64,000 nt of DNA from an uncultured Candidatus Saccharibacteria bacterium (lineage in GTDB: Bacteria > Patescibacteriota > Saccharimonadia > Saccharimonadales > CAZLTB01): positions 1,200-65,199 of the forward strand of contig CAZLTB010000002.1 of the NCBI GenBank assembly GCA_964562505.1, read 5' to 3'. Position numbers and translations under genes: made by a program. Below are positions 45,642 through 55,483 of the stretch, piece after piece. Numbering within the stretch: the first letter of the stretch is position 1; every line of letters begins with the position of its first letter. A model generated the notes under the pieces. That model was not told where the DNA came from, did not search any database, and worked only from the letters and a program-made list of their open reading frames with translations.

Positions 45642-46367
45642 ATGTCTAAAAAAATTATTGCTCTAATCGGTCTAGTTATCTTAGTAGCTGGAGTGGCTTG
45701 GTGGACCTTAAATCACAATCATAAAACCTCTCAAACAAATAGCTCCAGCACTTCTCAAAAATCCCAGCAAGCAGCTCCTAGCTTTGACAAGCATAAATAT
45801 TCTATAGATGACCCAGCTAGTATTTGGGTAGTAGTGAATAAACCGCGTCCGCTTAATCCTATTACCTACGCACCTACTGATCTTGTAGCGGTTGGCAATG
45901 GACAGTTTATGCGAGCCGAAGCTGCACAGGCTCTAACCCACTTATTTTCTGACGCAAAAACTAAAGGCTATAACCTGGTAGCTGAAAGTGGTTATCGTTC
46001 ATATGCCACTCAAACCACTGTATATAACAGCGAGGTTAAAGGTTTTGGGCAAGCTAAGGCTGATACTGAAAGTGCCAGACCTGGTCACAGCGAACACCAA
46101 ACTGGTTGGGGAGTAGATATAGGCAGTCCGGGCTGTTTTGAAAACTGTTTCGGAAAAACCAAGGCCTCTAAATGGCTGCTTGATAATGCTTATAAATATG
46201 GTTTCTTGCTACGCTATCCAGAAAGTAAAACAGACGTTACGGGCTATCGTAATGAGCCTTGGCATTTTAGGTATATTGGCATGGATTTATCAGAAGAAAT
46301 GCATCGAACAAATACACTAACACTAGAAGAGTTCTTTAACGTGGTCCCAGCTTCCCAGCCATATTAG
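45642..46367 (+). CDS. D-alanyl-D-alanine carboxypeptidase, VanY/M15B family, membrane-anchored
   Basis: Contains SGYRSY and the Zn ligands SEHQTGWGVDI and EPWHFRY, with an N-terminal TM helix. An alternative TTG start is at 45621. Confidence 0.85.
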   Translation: MSKKIIALIGLVILVAGVAWWTLNHNHKTSQTNSSSTSQKSQQAAPSFDKHKYSIDDPASIWVVVNKPRPLNPITYAPTDLVAVGNGQFMRAEAAQALTHLFSDAKTKGYNLVAESGYRSYATQTTVYNSEVKGFGQAKADTESARPGHSEHQTGWGVDIGSPGCFENCFGKTKASKWLLDNAYKYGFLLRYPESKTDVTGYRNEPWHFRYIGMDLSEEMHRTNTLTLEEFFNVVPASQPY

Positions 46368-47767
46368 AACTCACTAGATTTTATAACTTTAACTGGCGTA
46401 AATTTGTTCATAATTGTGTTGACGCGATCAGTTTGGGCCTGAACAGTTGTAGTATTTTGCTGGCTAGCAAACAATGCATCAGTTGCCTGGTCGAGAGGAT
46501 AAAGTAAGAAGTCGTGGCGAGCAAGTAGATCAGCCTGGGTTTGACTTTTCTTTTGAGCTGCCGTCCACTCATAGTGCATATAGACTGGCAGAAGTTTGGG
46601 TTCTTTAACTTGCTGAGACGCTACGTCAATATCCATAACAGCGATGCCGCCAATTAGGTTTTCTACAGGAATTTGCGAGTTTAATAAATTGCCCAGACTG
46701 TACCATACGAAAGTTTGATGCTTCTTATCACTACTCGTTAACGACTTTGTGGGCTGTAGTACGTGAGGTCCCACGCCAATAATTACATTTACGCCTTGAT
46801 CAGTTAAAGTTTGGGCGATTTTATCCTGATCAGGAGCAATATCATTTGAATCTTCTTTGCCCCAATTCATACCGATGATGATAAATTGAGCATTTTTGTG
46901 AGCTTCAGCGATCTGTTTTTGTGCCAGAGCATCACTATAAATATTGACACCATATGGAGAAACAGAAGCATTATTAGAGGAGGTCGTGTAAGACAAAAAG
47001 GCAAATTTAAGTCGTTTAACACTAAAGTAACGGATTTTATTTTGTTCATCAGCCGATCGGTTAGCGCCAGCAAAAGCTAACATGTTTGGTTGTTTATCCC
47101 AGTATGCAACTGAAGCATCAATAGCCGCCTGTCCTTTGTCATTCATATGAAAAGTTCCCATATTAACAATGTTGCAGCCTAGATCACCAAGTCCCTTGGC
47201 AAAGGCTAGAGGTGCATTAAAATTCGGGTACCCAGTGATACCTAATGACGTCGGGCCCGTTGGAACTGATTCTGTACATAGTCTAGCGTCTGGTTTGTCA
47301 AAGAAAGGTTTAACTTTGGCATACATGGGCAAATAGTCGTAACTACCGTCAGATTTTTTTGCGGCAGCATTAATTGAATCGAAGGTTAGGTTATCGCCGC
47401 TGGCAATAAGACGTACGGTACCAGTCGGTTGGTCTGACTGTTGAGTAGACGTTGGTTGGTTGTTGTTTGAACCAGTATTTTTGTGTTTTTTATAGTACCA
47501 AAAGCTCGCAGAGGTAGCACCTCCTAATATTGCGAGAAGCAAGATAAAAATAATGGATTTTTTGGCAATGTTTCTTTGCTTTTTAGGTTTTGGGGTTTCT
47601 GGTTCAAGCGGAATTACTTCCTCAGATTCATGCTCAGGCTCTTCAGGCTCAGTATATGGAATAGTAATTCTTTCAGGCGATGGGCTAATAGGCTTAACTC
47701 TTGGTGACGTGTACTCAGAGTCAACATTACTGCTTTTTTTAAGGCGACGGCGTATTTCTTCGTCCAT
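46364..47767 (-). CDS. CapA/PgsA-like metallophosphatase-fold protein, membrane-anchored
   Basis: N-terminal TM helix followed by a CapA-like domain (RLIASGDNL..., NMGTFHM, IIGVGPHVLQP). The ATG at 47767 has an AGGAAA SD and avoids overlapping msrB. Confidence 0.65.
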   Translation of the reverse strand: MDEEIRRRLKKSSNVDSEYTSPRVKPISPSPERITIPYTEPEEPEHESEEVIPLEPETPKPKKQRNIAKKSIIFILLLAILGGATSASFWYYKKHKNTGSNNNQPTSTQQSDQPTGTVRLIASGDNLTFDSINAAAKKSDGSYDYLPMYAKVKPFFDKPDARLCTESVPTGPTSLGITGYPNFNAPLAFAKGLGDLGCNIVNMGTFHMNDKGQAAIDASVAYWDKQPNMLAFAGANRSADEQNKIRYFSVKRLKFAFLSYTTSSNNASVSPYGVNIYSDALAQKQIAEAHKNAQFIIIGMNWGKEDSNDIAPDQDKIAQTLTDQGVNVIIGVGPHVLQPTKSLTSSDKKHQTFVWYSLGNLLNSQIPVENLIGGIAVMDIDVASQQVKEPKLLPVYMHYEWTAAQKKSQTQADLLARHDFLLYPLDQATDALFASQQNTTTVQAQTDRVNTIMNKFTPVKVIKSSEF

Positions 47768-47775
47768 ATTATTTC

Positions 47776-48180
47776 CTAGGCACTCTTCTTTGCTTTTGGC
47801 TGAAAATCCAAAGAACATGAATTTATACAAAAACGTTGGCCGGTAGGTTTGTCGGGTGCATCGTTAAAAACATGTCCTAGATGACCGCCACAATTGGCAC
47901 ATTCTACTTCGGTACGATCCATTCCGTGACTATTGTCTTCCTTGAGGTTAACTGCGGTGCTGCTAATTACATCATAGAAACTTGGCCAACCAGAACCAGA
48001 GTCAAATTTAGTGCCAGAATCAAATAACTCTGCCCCACAAGCCGCGCAAGTATATTTACCAGTACCTTTGTTATGTAGCAGTTTGCCCGTGAACGGCGCT
48101 TCAGTACTTTTAGAACGTAGTACCTCATACTGTTTGGGCGTCAGTCGTTTCTTCCATTCTTCATCAGTTAGCTTTAACAT
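47776..48180 (-). CDS. msrB: Peptide-methionine (R)-S-oxide reductase MsrB
   Basis: Contains CAACGAELF...GWPSF...[12 protein letters not shown]...RFCINS. The ATG at 48180 ([15 protein letters not shown]) fits the family N-terminus. Confidence 0.93.
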   Translation of the reverse strand: MLKLTDEEWKKRLTPKQYEVLRSKSTEAPFTGKLLHNKGTGKYTCAACGAELFDSGTKFDSGSGWPSFYDVISSTAVNLKEDNSHGMDRTEVECANCGGHLGHVFNDAPDKPTGQRFCINSCSLDFQPKAKKSA

Positions 48181-48199
48181 GCTCTTATTCTGAGTCCAT

Positions 48200-48607
48200 T
48201 TATGCTTCTTTTGACTTATCAATCTTGTCTAGTTTCAGGGATTTCACTATCAAATAAACTACCGCAGCAACGATGAGAAAACTCATAACATCGCTGATAA
48301 CCCGGCCATATCCTAATTTGTTGGTACATACTGCACCGATTTGCTTTAAGCACACATAGCGGCTACCTAACTCACCGCCTCCCGCTCCAACAAGTCCGAC
48401 AACGGGGTTAAAAATATTGTTCACCAAGGAGTCGACTACACTTTTAGCGGCCACACCTAAAACAAGCCCTACCGCTAGGCCAATTACTCCTTGTTCACGT
48501 ACAAAGTTCAAAAATCCTTGTAGCCATCCAGGGGCCTTAACCACTGGTACACTGACAACTACTTCTTTGCGCCTTATTAAGCGGTTTTCTGTTTCATCCT
48601 TAGCCAT
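48200..48607 (-). CDS. mscL: Large-conductance mechanosensitive channel
   Basis: 135 aa containing [37 protein letters not shown], with two TM helices. Confidence 0.9.
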   Translation of the reverse strand: MAKDETENRLIRRKEVVVSVPVVKAPGWLQGFLNFVREQGVIGLAVGLVLGVAAKSVVDSLVNNIFNPVVGLVGAGGGELGSRYVCLKQIGAVCTNKLGYGRVISDVMSFLIVAAVVYLIVKSLKLDKIDKSKEA

Positions 48608-49834
48608 TTAGGTCTGCCTCCCATGCTTTGCTTCTAGTATACGACGAATCCCTAGCTCTAAAGCGGCGTCTTTAAGTGATATCTTCTCTTTAAGGCTTAA
48701 GTCATAGGCCTTTTGAGTAGCATTTACCAAGTATTTTTCAAGTTCATGGTTAATTTTCTCTTCACTCCAGTGCTTACCTACTTTGTTCTGCTGCCACTCC
48801 AGGTAGCTTACGATTACACCGCCTGCATTTGCAAGGATATCCGGGATGATCAACACTCCCTTTTGGATTAAATATTCATGAGCTTTTTCGGTAATTGGCC
48901 CGTTGGCGAGCTCTAGAATTATTTTTGTTTTGACCTCATGCATATTCTTTTCTGTAACAGCTTCTCCTGCTGCTGCCAGCACTAATATATCGACTTCAAG
49001 ACCCACCAACTGGTCGTTAGTAATTATGCCAGCTTCTGATGTCCGGTAATCTTTAAGCGACCCGATATTTTTCTTGAATGAATCTATTTCCTTGGCATCT
49101 AGACCACCCATTTTATATGGACCACCGCTCGAATCTGTGGCAGCAATAAGTCGCCAGGAAGTTTGTTCAGCCTCAGCTATTAAAGCGAAAGAGGAGCCGA
49201 CATTACCAAAGCCCTGAACCCCCATGGTTATAATTTCCTCAGATCTGCCAGCTTGTTTTAGAATCTGATCGAGAACTATGACACCGCCGCGGCCTGTGGC
49301 AGTTTCGCGACCAAGACTGCCGCCACGCTTAAGTGATTTACCCGTAAAGCTAGCGTGAGTAGTATCATCAACCTGTTTTTCGTATTCATCGACCATCCAG
49401 TCAATGACCGTAGAGTTAGTATTCATATCCGGGGCCGGGATGTCTTTATCAGGACCAATGTGTGGTGTCAGATTCGCTGCGTATTTACGTGATAGTTCCT
49501 CAAGTTCTTTGACAGATAGATCTTTGGCATTAACTGTTGCTCCTCCTTTAGCCCCACCTAATGGAAGGTCAATAGCAGCTGTTTTTAGAGTCATGAGTAA
49601 GGCCAGAGCACGTACTTCATCTAAGCTAACATCGGGATGAAAGCGTATGCCACCTTTATATGGGCCAAGTTCATTATTATGCTGTACACGATAGGCCTGG
49701 TGTTTCGCTCCACTACTCAATTCAATTTCAAAAACATGCTCTTCGTTTGCTTTGAGTAAATATTCTATGTCACTGTTAGCTAACCCGAGCCGTTTGCCCA
49801 CGCGTTGAACTAATTGTTGTGTACTATCCAGCAT
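48608..49834 (-). CDS. gdh: Glutamate dehydrogenase (Glu/Leu/Phe/Val dehydrogenase family)
   Basis: 408 aa with the catalytic region KGGIRFHPDVSLDEVRALALLMTLKTAAIDLPLGGAKGG and Rossmann motif GFGNVG. Confidence 0.9.
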   Translation of the reverse strand: MLDSTQQLVQRVGKRLGLANSDIEYLLKANEEHVFEIELSSGAKHQAYRVQHNNELGPYKGGIRFHPDVSLDEVRALALLMTLKTAAIDLPLGGAKGGATVNAKDLSVKELEELSRKYAANLTPHIGPDKDIPAPDMNTNSTVIDWMVDEYEKQVDDTTHASFTGKSLKRGGSLGRETATGRGGVIVLDQILKQAGRSEEIITMGVQGFGNVGSSFALIAEAEQTSWRLIAATDSSGGPYKMGGLDAKEIDSFKKNIGSLKDYRTSEAGIITNDQLVGLEVDILVLAAAGEAVTEKNMHEVKTKIILELANGPITEKAHEYLIQKGVLIIPDILANAGGVIVSYLEWQQNKVGKHWSEEKINHELEKYLVNATQKAYDLSLKEKISLKDAALELGIRRILEAKHGRQT

Positions 49835-49856
49835 CTATAACTCCGCTAAGTGTATA

Positions 49857-50345
49857 TTATTGTACTCCTTGGTATTTCAAGCTCAGGTAGTGATCTCTCT
49901 GTTCTTTTGATAAATGTTCTATGGAGTAACGCAGAGTAGTTCTTGGCATAGTAGATGCGTGTTGGTCCAGAAAATTGAGCAGTATTATTTGATCGACCCT
50001 TTTACCTATCTCGCGGAGCATCCAGCCAACTGCCTTTTGAATTAAATCTTGTTTGTCATTTAGAAGGATTCCTATAACCATTAATGCTTCGTCAGGCTTA
50101 CCCCGTTTTATATAGTGAAAGGTAGCTAGCATAGCAATTCGTCGTTCCCACAGTAACCGCGAATTAGCTAGTTTAGTTAAGACTTGCGTTTTACTAGGCT
50201 TGTCTTCGAGCCAAGGACCAATAATAAATTCCGCACTGCTATCCACTAAATCCCAGTTATTAATGAACTGCGTATTATTTAGATAAATTTTGTAGACCTG
50301 TTCTTTAGTGTGCTGATCGCCTTTTTGATACTTTAGAACCAACAT
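49857..50345 (-). CDS. DNA alkylation repair protein (AlkD-like HEAT repeat); the homologous reading frame continues upstream to 50591
   Basis: The C-terminal motif QKAVGWMLREIGK is typical of the family. The coordinates give the first-ATG ORF. A further 82 in-frame codons upstream, up to the argS stop, encode the conserved family N-terminus (see findings). Confidence 0.7.
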   Translation of the reverse strand: MLVLKYQKGDQHTKEQVYKIYLNNTQFINNWDLVDSSAEFIIGPWLEDKPSKTQVLTKLANSRLLWERRIAMLATFHYIKRGKPDEALMVIGILLNDKQDLIQKAVGWMLREIGKRVDQIILLNFLDQHASTMPRTTLRYSIEHLSKEQRDHYLSLKYQGVQ

Positions 50346-50591
50346 AAATATGGCAGTTAATCGTTCCTCGTGCCACTTACTGCGTAAAAGCTTGTGTATC
50401 TCATCTAAACTTAAACGGTCGTAGTATTTTTTAGAAATAACGCGCTGTTTAGGTACGCTAACCCCTAAAAACTTGTCACCTTCGGCATATTCTCCGGGGC
50501 CAGATTTAAAAAATCGTGGGTAAAAAGCAGCTTTTTCAGGGTCAGCAGCAACACTTAATTCATTTTTTAATTGCTTGGTAGAACTCAGGAG

Positions 50592-52250
50592 CTACATCCT
50601 TTCCGGGGCTGATATATTGAGTAGATTTAAGCCTCTTTTGAGCGTATTAGCATATTCTTTAATTAATTGGAGGCGAATATTTTGTCTTGGATCATCTATC
50701 ACACGATTATGCTCATAGAACCGATTAAAAATCTGAGCTAGCTCATATAAATACGTAGTAATGTTACTGGGTAAAAGTTCGTTCACTGCACTGTCCACCA
50801 CTTCACCAAATTCACCGATTTTGCGCAGCAGACTTCGTTCATCTGGCCCGAGTCCTTCCTGATTTACCGAAGAAGATTCCTTGACCTTACTCAAAATGCT
50901 GCAGGCTCTGGCATGGGCATATTGTAAATATGGCCCAGAATTACCCAGGATATTTACTGATTCAGCTGGATCATAAATGATATTGCCGCCTATTCGCTGC
51001 TTCAAAAATGCGTATTTTACGGCGGCCAGTACAGTTTTTTCATCTTGATTACTAGTCACTTTTTTATTAGCCTTGGCTGCAGCGTCAAGTACATCAACAG
51101 CTTTTAGAATGTTACCTTTACGGCTACTCATTTTTTCGCCGCCAGCGAGTTTCACTATTCCATGTGTCAAATGAGTAGTTCGTTTAGCTAACTCGGGCTT
51201 AAATTGTTCAATACTTTTAAGAACAACTCTCATGTATTCCACGATGTCATTACCAGTAATAACAATCGACTGGTCAAAATGATAGTCGTTCCACTTCTTC
51301 ATAATCAGTCCGACATCCTTGGCCTCGTAAGTTGGTAGGCCTTCGGAGTTAATAAATACTCTGGTATGCAACCCGTATGGTTCACCTTTAAAAACTATGG
51401 CCCTATCACTTTCCTGATAAACATCTGGTACGTGTTCTTTAACGGTTGCCAAACCGACAGGTGCTGTTTCACTTTCTGGGTAATATTTTTCGAACTTACT
51501 ACCAAGTTGCCTATAGAACTCGTCAAAGTAGTCATAGCTCCATTGCCTGGTGGTCCAATAAATTTGCGCAAGCGGTGAGTCGTGATCATTATCATCATGG
51601 AGTTGATATACTCGTTTGTTCAATGCTGTGATTTCAGTTTTAGCAGATTCACTAGTTTCATATGCTTTATTACCTTCTACGTAACGTTCGCTTAGCCAAT
51701 CAGCACGCTCATTTTCAGAGATTTTGGTCAATTTTTCTGGATTTTCGCCTTTTAAAAACTGAATAATTGCCCACATATTTTTTGCCACGTGCATGCCCAC
51801 GTCACCGCCGAAATTCACTCTATGGACCTTGGCGCCGGCCGCTTCAAACAAATTAGCAATGGCATCACCTACTACACTGGTATAAAGATGTCCGGCATGC
51901 AGAACTTTAAACGGGTTCGGGTCAGAATATTCTGCAACTACAGTCTTACCTTCAAGTCCCTGACTGGGTTCAGACTTTGCTAGCTCCCACAGAGCATTGT
52001 CACTTAATTGAAAGTTCAAAAACCCCGGTTTTGCTACTTCTGAATTTATTATGTACTTAGATGCTATTTTTGCCTTAATCGCTTCGGCTATCTCATTCGG
52101 ATCTTTGTTCAATTGCCTTGCTAACTGCAGAGAAACGTTAGTTGCTAAGTCACCAAATTGTTCATCCGGCCGGGTCAGCTCAACCTCAATATCTATATTG
52201 AACAAATCCTTAACTACATTGGCAATATTGGACTTGATTTCCTGTCTCAT
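50592..52250 (-). CDS. argS: Arginine--tRNA ligase
   Basis: 552 aa with a HIGH-type motif (LHAGHLYTSVVGD), MSSRKG, a DALR anticodon-binding domain and the family-typical C-terminal Met. Confidence 0.96.
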   Translation of the reverse strand: MRQEIKSNIANVVKDLFNIDIEVELTRPDEQFGDLATNVSLQLARQLNKDPNEIAEAIKAKIASKYIINSEVAKPGFLNFQLSDNALWELAKSEPSQGLEGKTVVAEYSDPNPFKVLHAGHLYTSVVGDAIANLFEAAGAKVHRVNFGGDVGMHVAKNMWAIIQFLKGENPEKLTKISENERADWLSERYVEGNKAYETSESAKTEITALNKRVYQLHDDNDHDSPLAQIYWTTRQWSYDYFDEFYRQLGSKFEKYYPESETAPVGLATVKEHVPDVYQESDRAIVFKGEPYGLHTRVFINSEGLPTYEAKDVGLIMKKWNDYHFDQSIVITGNDIVEYMRVVLKSIEQFKPELAKRTTHLTHGIVKLAGGEKMSSRKGNILKAVDVLDAAAKANKKVTSNQDEKTVLAAVKYAFLKQRIGGNIIYDPAESVNILGNSGPYLQYAHARACSILSKVKESSSVNQEGLGPDERSLLRKIGEFGEVVDSAVNELLPSNITTYLYELAQIFNRFYEHNRVIDDPRQNIRLQLIKEYANTLKRGLNLLNISAPERM

Positions 52251-52268
52251 TGATTTAACTATAACAGA

Positions 52269-52961
52269 TCAGTGCTTGTCGTTATTAAGTGCTACAATAA
52301 GCTGCCAAATAACCACGTACATACCTCCAACTAAAAGAAAGAATATAGCAGTAGTAACAAACGTCTGTAAGTGGACAATTGGGTAAATCAAACGATCAGA
52401 AACATCAAATAAAAGTCCTGCTGGATTTACTATCACATCCCAGGTATTCCATCTTAAGTTTCTACCCAAATAAATGGCAAAACTGCATAAAAGTATAACC
52501 ACAGCTATCAGAGCATGAGCCCGAAATCGCTCCAGGCGTTTGAGCAGTTCACGATGGACTATATATATGCTTACAAAACCGCTGATAAGACCGTTAAATA
52601 TAATCGAGAAGAACAATGCAGCGTCATAAAGTAGATTCACTTCTCCGGTATTTCGCAGATGGACAAGATCACTAATCAGATAGAAACTGTTCGGCAAAAA
52701 TATTAGCCAAAGCGCTGTCAGTAGAATATTTTCGGCACTGAGCCAAGGGGTTGTTGACAATCTTCGCATTACCCACCAAGCCAGACCTATGGGTATCCAT
52801 GCCAATGCCAGGTTCCAGAATAGAAACCAATATCTCAGGGTATGGCTGTCCGCTACACGAAAAGCATATAGTAATAAACTTAGACTATTAGCAACAATTA
52901 AGGCGTAAACAACCCGTTGGAAGCTATTTGCTCCGGCCCCCACAGCCTTTTCCCTGCTCAT
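52269..52961 (-). CDS. DUF1361-family integral membrane protein
   Basis: Polytopic membrane protein containing the LWLIFLPNSFYLISDLVHL motif. The ATG at 52961 is preferred over the longer track ORF. Confidence 0.6.
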   Translation of the reverse strand: MSREKAVGAGANSFQRVVYALIVANSLSLLLYAFRVADSHTLRYWFLFWNLALAWIPIGLAWWVMRRLSTTPWLSAENILLTALWLIFLPNSFYLISDLVHLRNTGEVNLLYDAALFFSIIFNGLISGFVSIYIVHRELLKRLERFRAHALIAVVILLCSFAIYLGRNLRWNTWDVIVNPAGLLFDVSDRLIYPIVHLQTFVTTAIFFLLVGGMYVVIWQLIVALNNDKH

Positions 52962-52996
52962 TATCTGTTTATTATAACAGTTGTATACTGTTAGCA

Positions 52997-54154
52997 ATGC
53001 TTAGGCGCACTGTCAAAAAAGCAATCAAACACTTAAGGGCCAACAACTATATACCTCTTAACCGTATTGAACTGGCTCGTAGTAAAACTCTGAATAACAT
53101 AGACCATATACGGTCTCAAAATAAGAAACTGGGCATAATTCCAGTACTTAAAGCCAATGCCTATGGTCATGGTCTTTCACAAATGGCTGAGATATTGAAT
53201 AAAGCAGAGTGTTCGTTTGTCGCGATTGATGGTTATTTTGAAGCAGCCAGCATTCGTGATATCACTAAACATCACATCTTAGTAATGGGTTATATTCGTC
53301 CGGAAAACGTTCGTTTGCTTGATACTAAGAGATGTTCATTTGTAATACAGGATAAAGAAGGGCTCGAAGCATTTGCACGTCTGGGAAAACCAGTAAAGGT
53401 TCATCTTGAACTTAACACTGGAATGAATCGGATGGGGCTACAGCCCGAAGAACTAGACGATTACTTAAATACGCTCAAACAATTCCCTGCACTCAAACTT
53501 GAAGGGGTTATGTCGCATCTGGCAGATGCCGATAATGAGATCGATAACAGCTATTCGCTGGAACAAACTAAACTGTTTGATGATTTGGTCAAAAAGATAT
53601 TGGGCAAGGGATTTAAACCCAGTTTTATTCATTTAGCTCAAACCGCGGGTAGTACTAAGACGAAAAGTCGCTTTGCAAACGCTATTCGTTTGGGAATTGG
53701 CTTATATGGACTTAATCCGTTGAATGCAAATGACCATGCTCACTCAAAGCTAGCAGCTTTGCAACCGATTTTGGAAATGAAAAGTACAGTTATTAAAGTT
53801 ATAGAACTTAAAAAGGGTGATCGAGTTAGCTATAACGGTATTTTTACGGCACCAAAGACCATGAAAATTGGTGTATTACCACTCGGTTATTATGAAGGTA
53901 TTCCTAGGGTCTTGAGTAACTCAGGCACGGTCTTATATAGAGATAAGCAATTGCCGATCGTAGGCCGAGTTTGCATGAATCATACAATGATTGATATAGA
54001 CGATGCGGATATAAAAGTCGGGTCTGAGGTTACAATAATTTCAAGTGATCCAGATCAGCCAAATGCTGTTAATAATATATGTGCATCTCATAACCTATTT
54101 AACTATAGCTTTGTAACCGGGCTTGCAAGTACAACCAGACGAATAATTGTTTAG
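52997..54154 (+). CDS. alr: Alanine racemase
   Basis: PLP-lysine motif PVLKANAYGHG and C-terminal motif GRVCMNHTMID. The ATG at 52997 is preferred because the upstream 23 codons overlap the divergent gene. Confidence 0.9.
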   Translation: MLRRTVKKAIKHLRANNYIPLNRIELARSKTLNNIDHIRSQNKKLGIIPVLKANAYGHGLSQMAEILNKAECSFVAIDGYFEAASIRDITKHHILVMGYIRPENVRLLDTKRCSFVIQDKEGLEAFARLGKPVKVHLELNTGMNRMGLQPEELDDYLNTLKQFPALKLEGVMSHLADADNEIDNSYSLEQTKLFDDLVKKILGKGFKPSFIHLAQTAGSTKTKSRFANAIRLGIGLYGLNPLNANDHAHSKLAALQPILEMKSTVIKVIELKKGDRVSYNGIFTAPKTMKIGVLPLGYYEGIPRVLSNSGTVLYRDKQLPIVGRVCMNHTMIDIDDADIKVGSEVTIISSDPDQPNAVNNICASHNLFNYSFVTGLASTTRRIIV

Positions 54155-54192
54155 GCATCCGCATCTAGATGGTACGTTATAATATGAGGTAA

Positions 54193-54843
54193 ATGAGACC
54201 TCTTAATTCGTTTTTGGATTGGTGCCGGAATTTGGTCAGACGTGTGATGCATAGAATTGCCCTTTTACTGAACTCAATAACCGGTGGTCATTTGTCACCA
54301 AATACTATAACCATTACTGGCCTATTAGCACATATACCGATAGCGTGGCTAATTGCTACGAGGCACAATTATTGGGCAGCTGGATTACTAGTAATATTCG
54401 GGCTTTTTGATACTTTGGACGGTGAGATGGCTCGTTTACAAGGTCGATCCAGTACCACTGGTATGTTGCTCGATTCTATAACCGACAGAGCTAAGGAAAT
54501 ATTACTTTACAGTGGTATAGCCTATGCCATTATTGCCAGTACCGGCCGGCCGTATTTAGCAGTTTGGGCAGTTGCTGCTTGTGGTTGTTCTTTATTAATA
54601 AGCTATGTAAATGCTTGGGGTGAAGTTGTCTTTGCAAAGAAGCACATTAATCATGACGTCAACAAAACCTTCAGAGGCGGCTTACTAGCTTTTGAAATCA
54701 GGATGTTTCTCGTTGTTATCGGTCTGCTAACTGATCGCCTGGCTCTTCTAGTAATAGTAATCACGATCGGGGCTATTTATACCAGCCTAATACGCTTGTC
54801 TAGAATTATCGAAAATCTAAACCAAGCTGATGTTCAAAGTTGA
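54193..54843 (+). CDS. CDP-alcohol phosphatidyltransferase (inositol-phosphate-transferase-like flavour)
   Basis: 216 aa and polytopic. The full signature D-TL-DG-EM-AR-x8-G-x3-D-x3-D is present as FDTLDGEMARLQGRSSTTGMLLDSITDR. Confidence 0.85.
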   Translation: MRPLNSFLDWCRNLVRRVMHRIALLLNSITGGHLSPNTITITGLLAHIPIAWLIATRHNYWAAGLLVIFGLFDTLDGEMARLQGRSSTTGMLLDSITDRAKEILLYSGIAYAIIASTGRPYLAVWAVAACGCSLLISYVNAWGEVVFAKKHINHDVNKTFRGGLLAFEIRMFLVVIGLLTDRLALLVIVITIGAIYTSLIRLSRIIENLNQADVQS

Positions 54844-55483
54844 TTTACACACACACTCTATCGCTTCACCAGACGGAGGTATTTCTGCAAATCAATATAA
54901 AAAGGCTATCAAATCGGGCTTGGTAGACTGCGTGGCTATTACAGACCACAATCGCATAGATTTTGCGACGCGTATTAAGCAGGAATTAGGCGAACATATT
55001 ATCATTGGCGAAGAAATTATGACTTCGGCTGGAGAAATAATCGGTTTATTCCTTGAAAGCCCGATTCAACCCGGACTTTCTCCACTTGAAACTGTCAGGC
55101 AAATTAAGGATCAACGGGGCATAGTTTATATACCGCATCCATTCGAAACTATTCGTAAAGGACTTCATCCTCAAACTTTGGAAGAACTGGCTGATTATGT
55201 TGATATTATAGAAATTTGTAATGGCCGGGCCTTTTTCCAAAACCGTAGCGAGCAAGCAGTGGTCTGGGTACGGCTTAATCATAAGCTTGGTGCGGCAAGC
55301 AGTGATGCCCATGGACTGCACGGCTTAGGTAAAACTTTTACGAGAATGGATAGTTTACCAAAACGAGATAATGTATTAGAACTTTTACAAAATGCTAAAC
55401 CTATGACAGGCCGTCCCGGTTTACTAAGCCTTCTTTATCCTAAGTATAACCGTCTGCGCAAAATAGTCTGGAACCAATCATGA
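54830..55483 (+). CDS. PHP-domain metal-dependent phosphoesterase
   Basis: 217 aa containing MFKVDLHTHSIASPDG, AITDHN, IPHPF and SDAHG. It overlaps the previous ORF by 14 nt. Confidence 0.85.
   Translation: MFKVDLHTHSIASPDGGISANQYKKAIKSGLVDCVAITDHNRIDFATRIKQELGEHIIIGEEIMTSAGEIIGLFLESPIQPGLSPLETVRQIKDQRGIVYIPHPFETIRKGLHPQTLEELADYVDIIEICNGRAFFQNRSEQAVVWVRLNHKLGAASSDAHGLHGLGKTFTRMDSLPKRDNVLELLQNAKPMTGRPGLLSLLYPKYNRLRKIVWNQS

Noticed and set aside
50592-50594. TAG reassignment (for example pyrrolysine) as the explanation for the in-frame argS/alkD-like junction.
   Set aside because: ArgRS ends at its family-typical C-terminal Met just before this TAG. TAG also ends other ORFs at sensible boundaries, for example msrB at 47776-47778. 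A start-codon anomaly is the simpler reading. Readthrough is retained only as a minor alternative in the finding.
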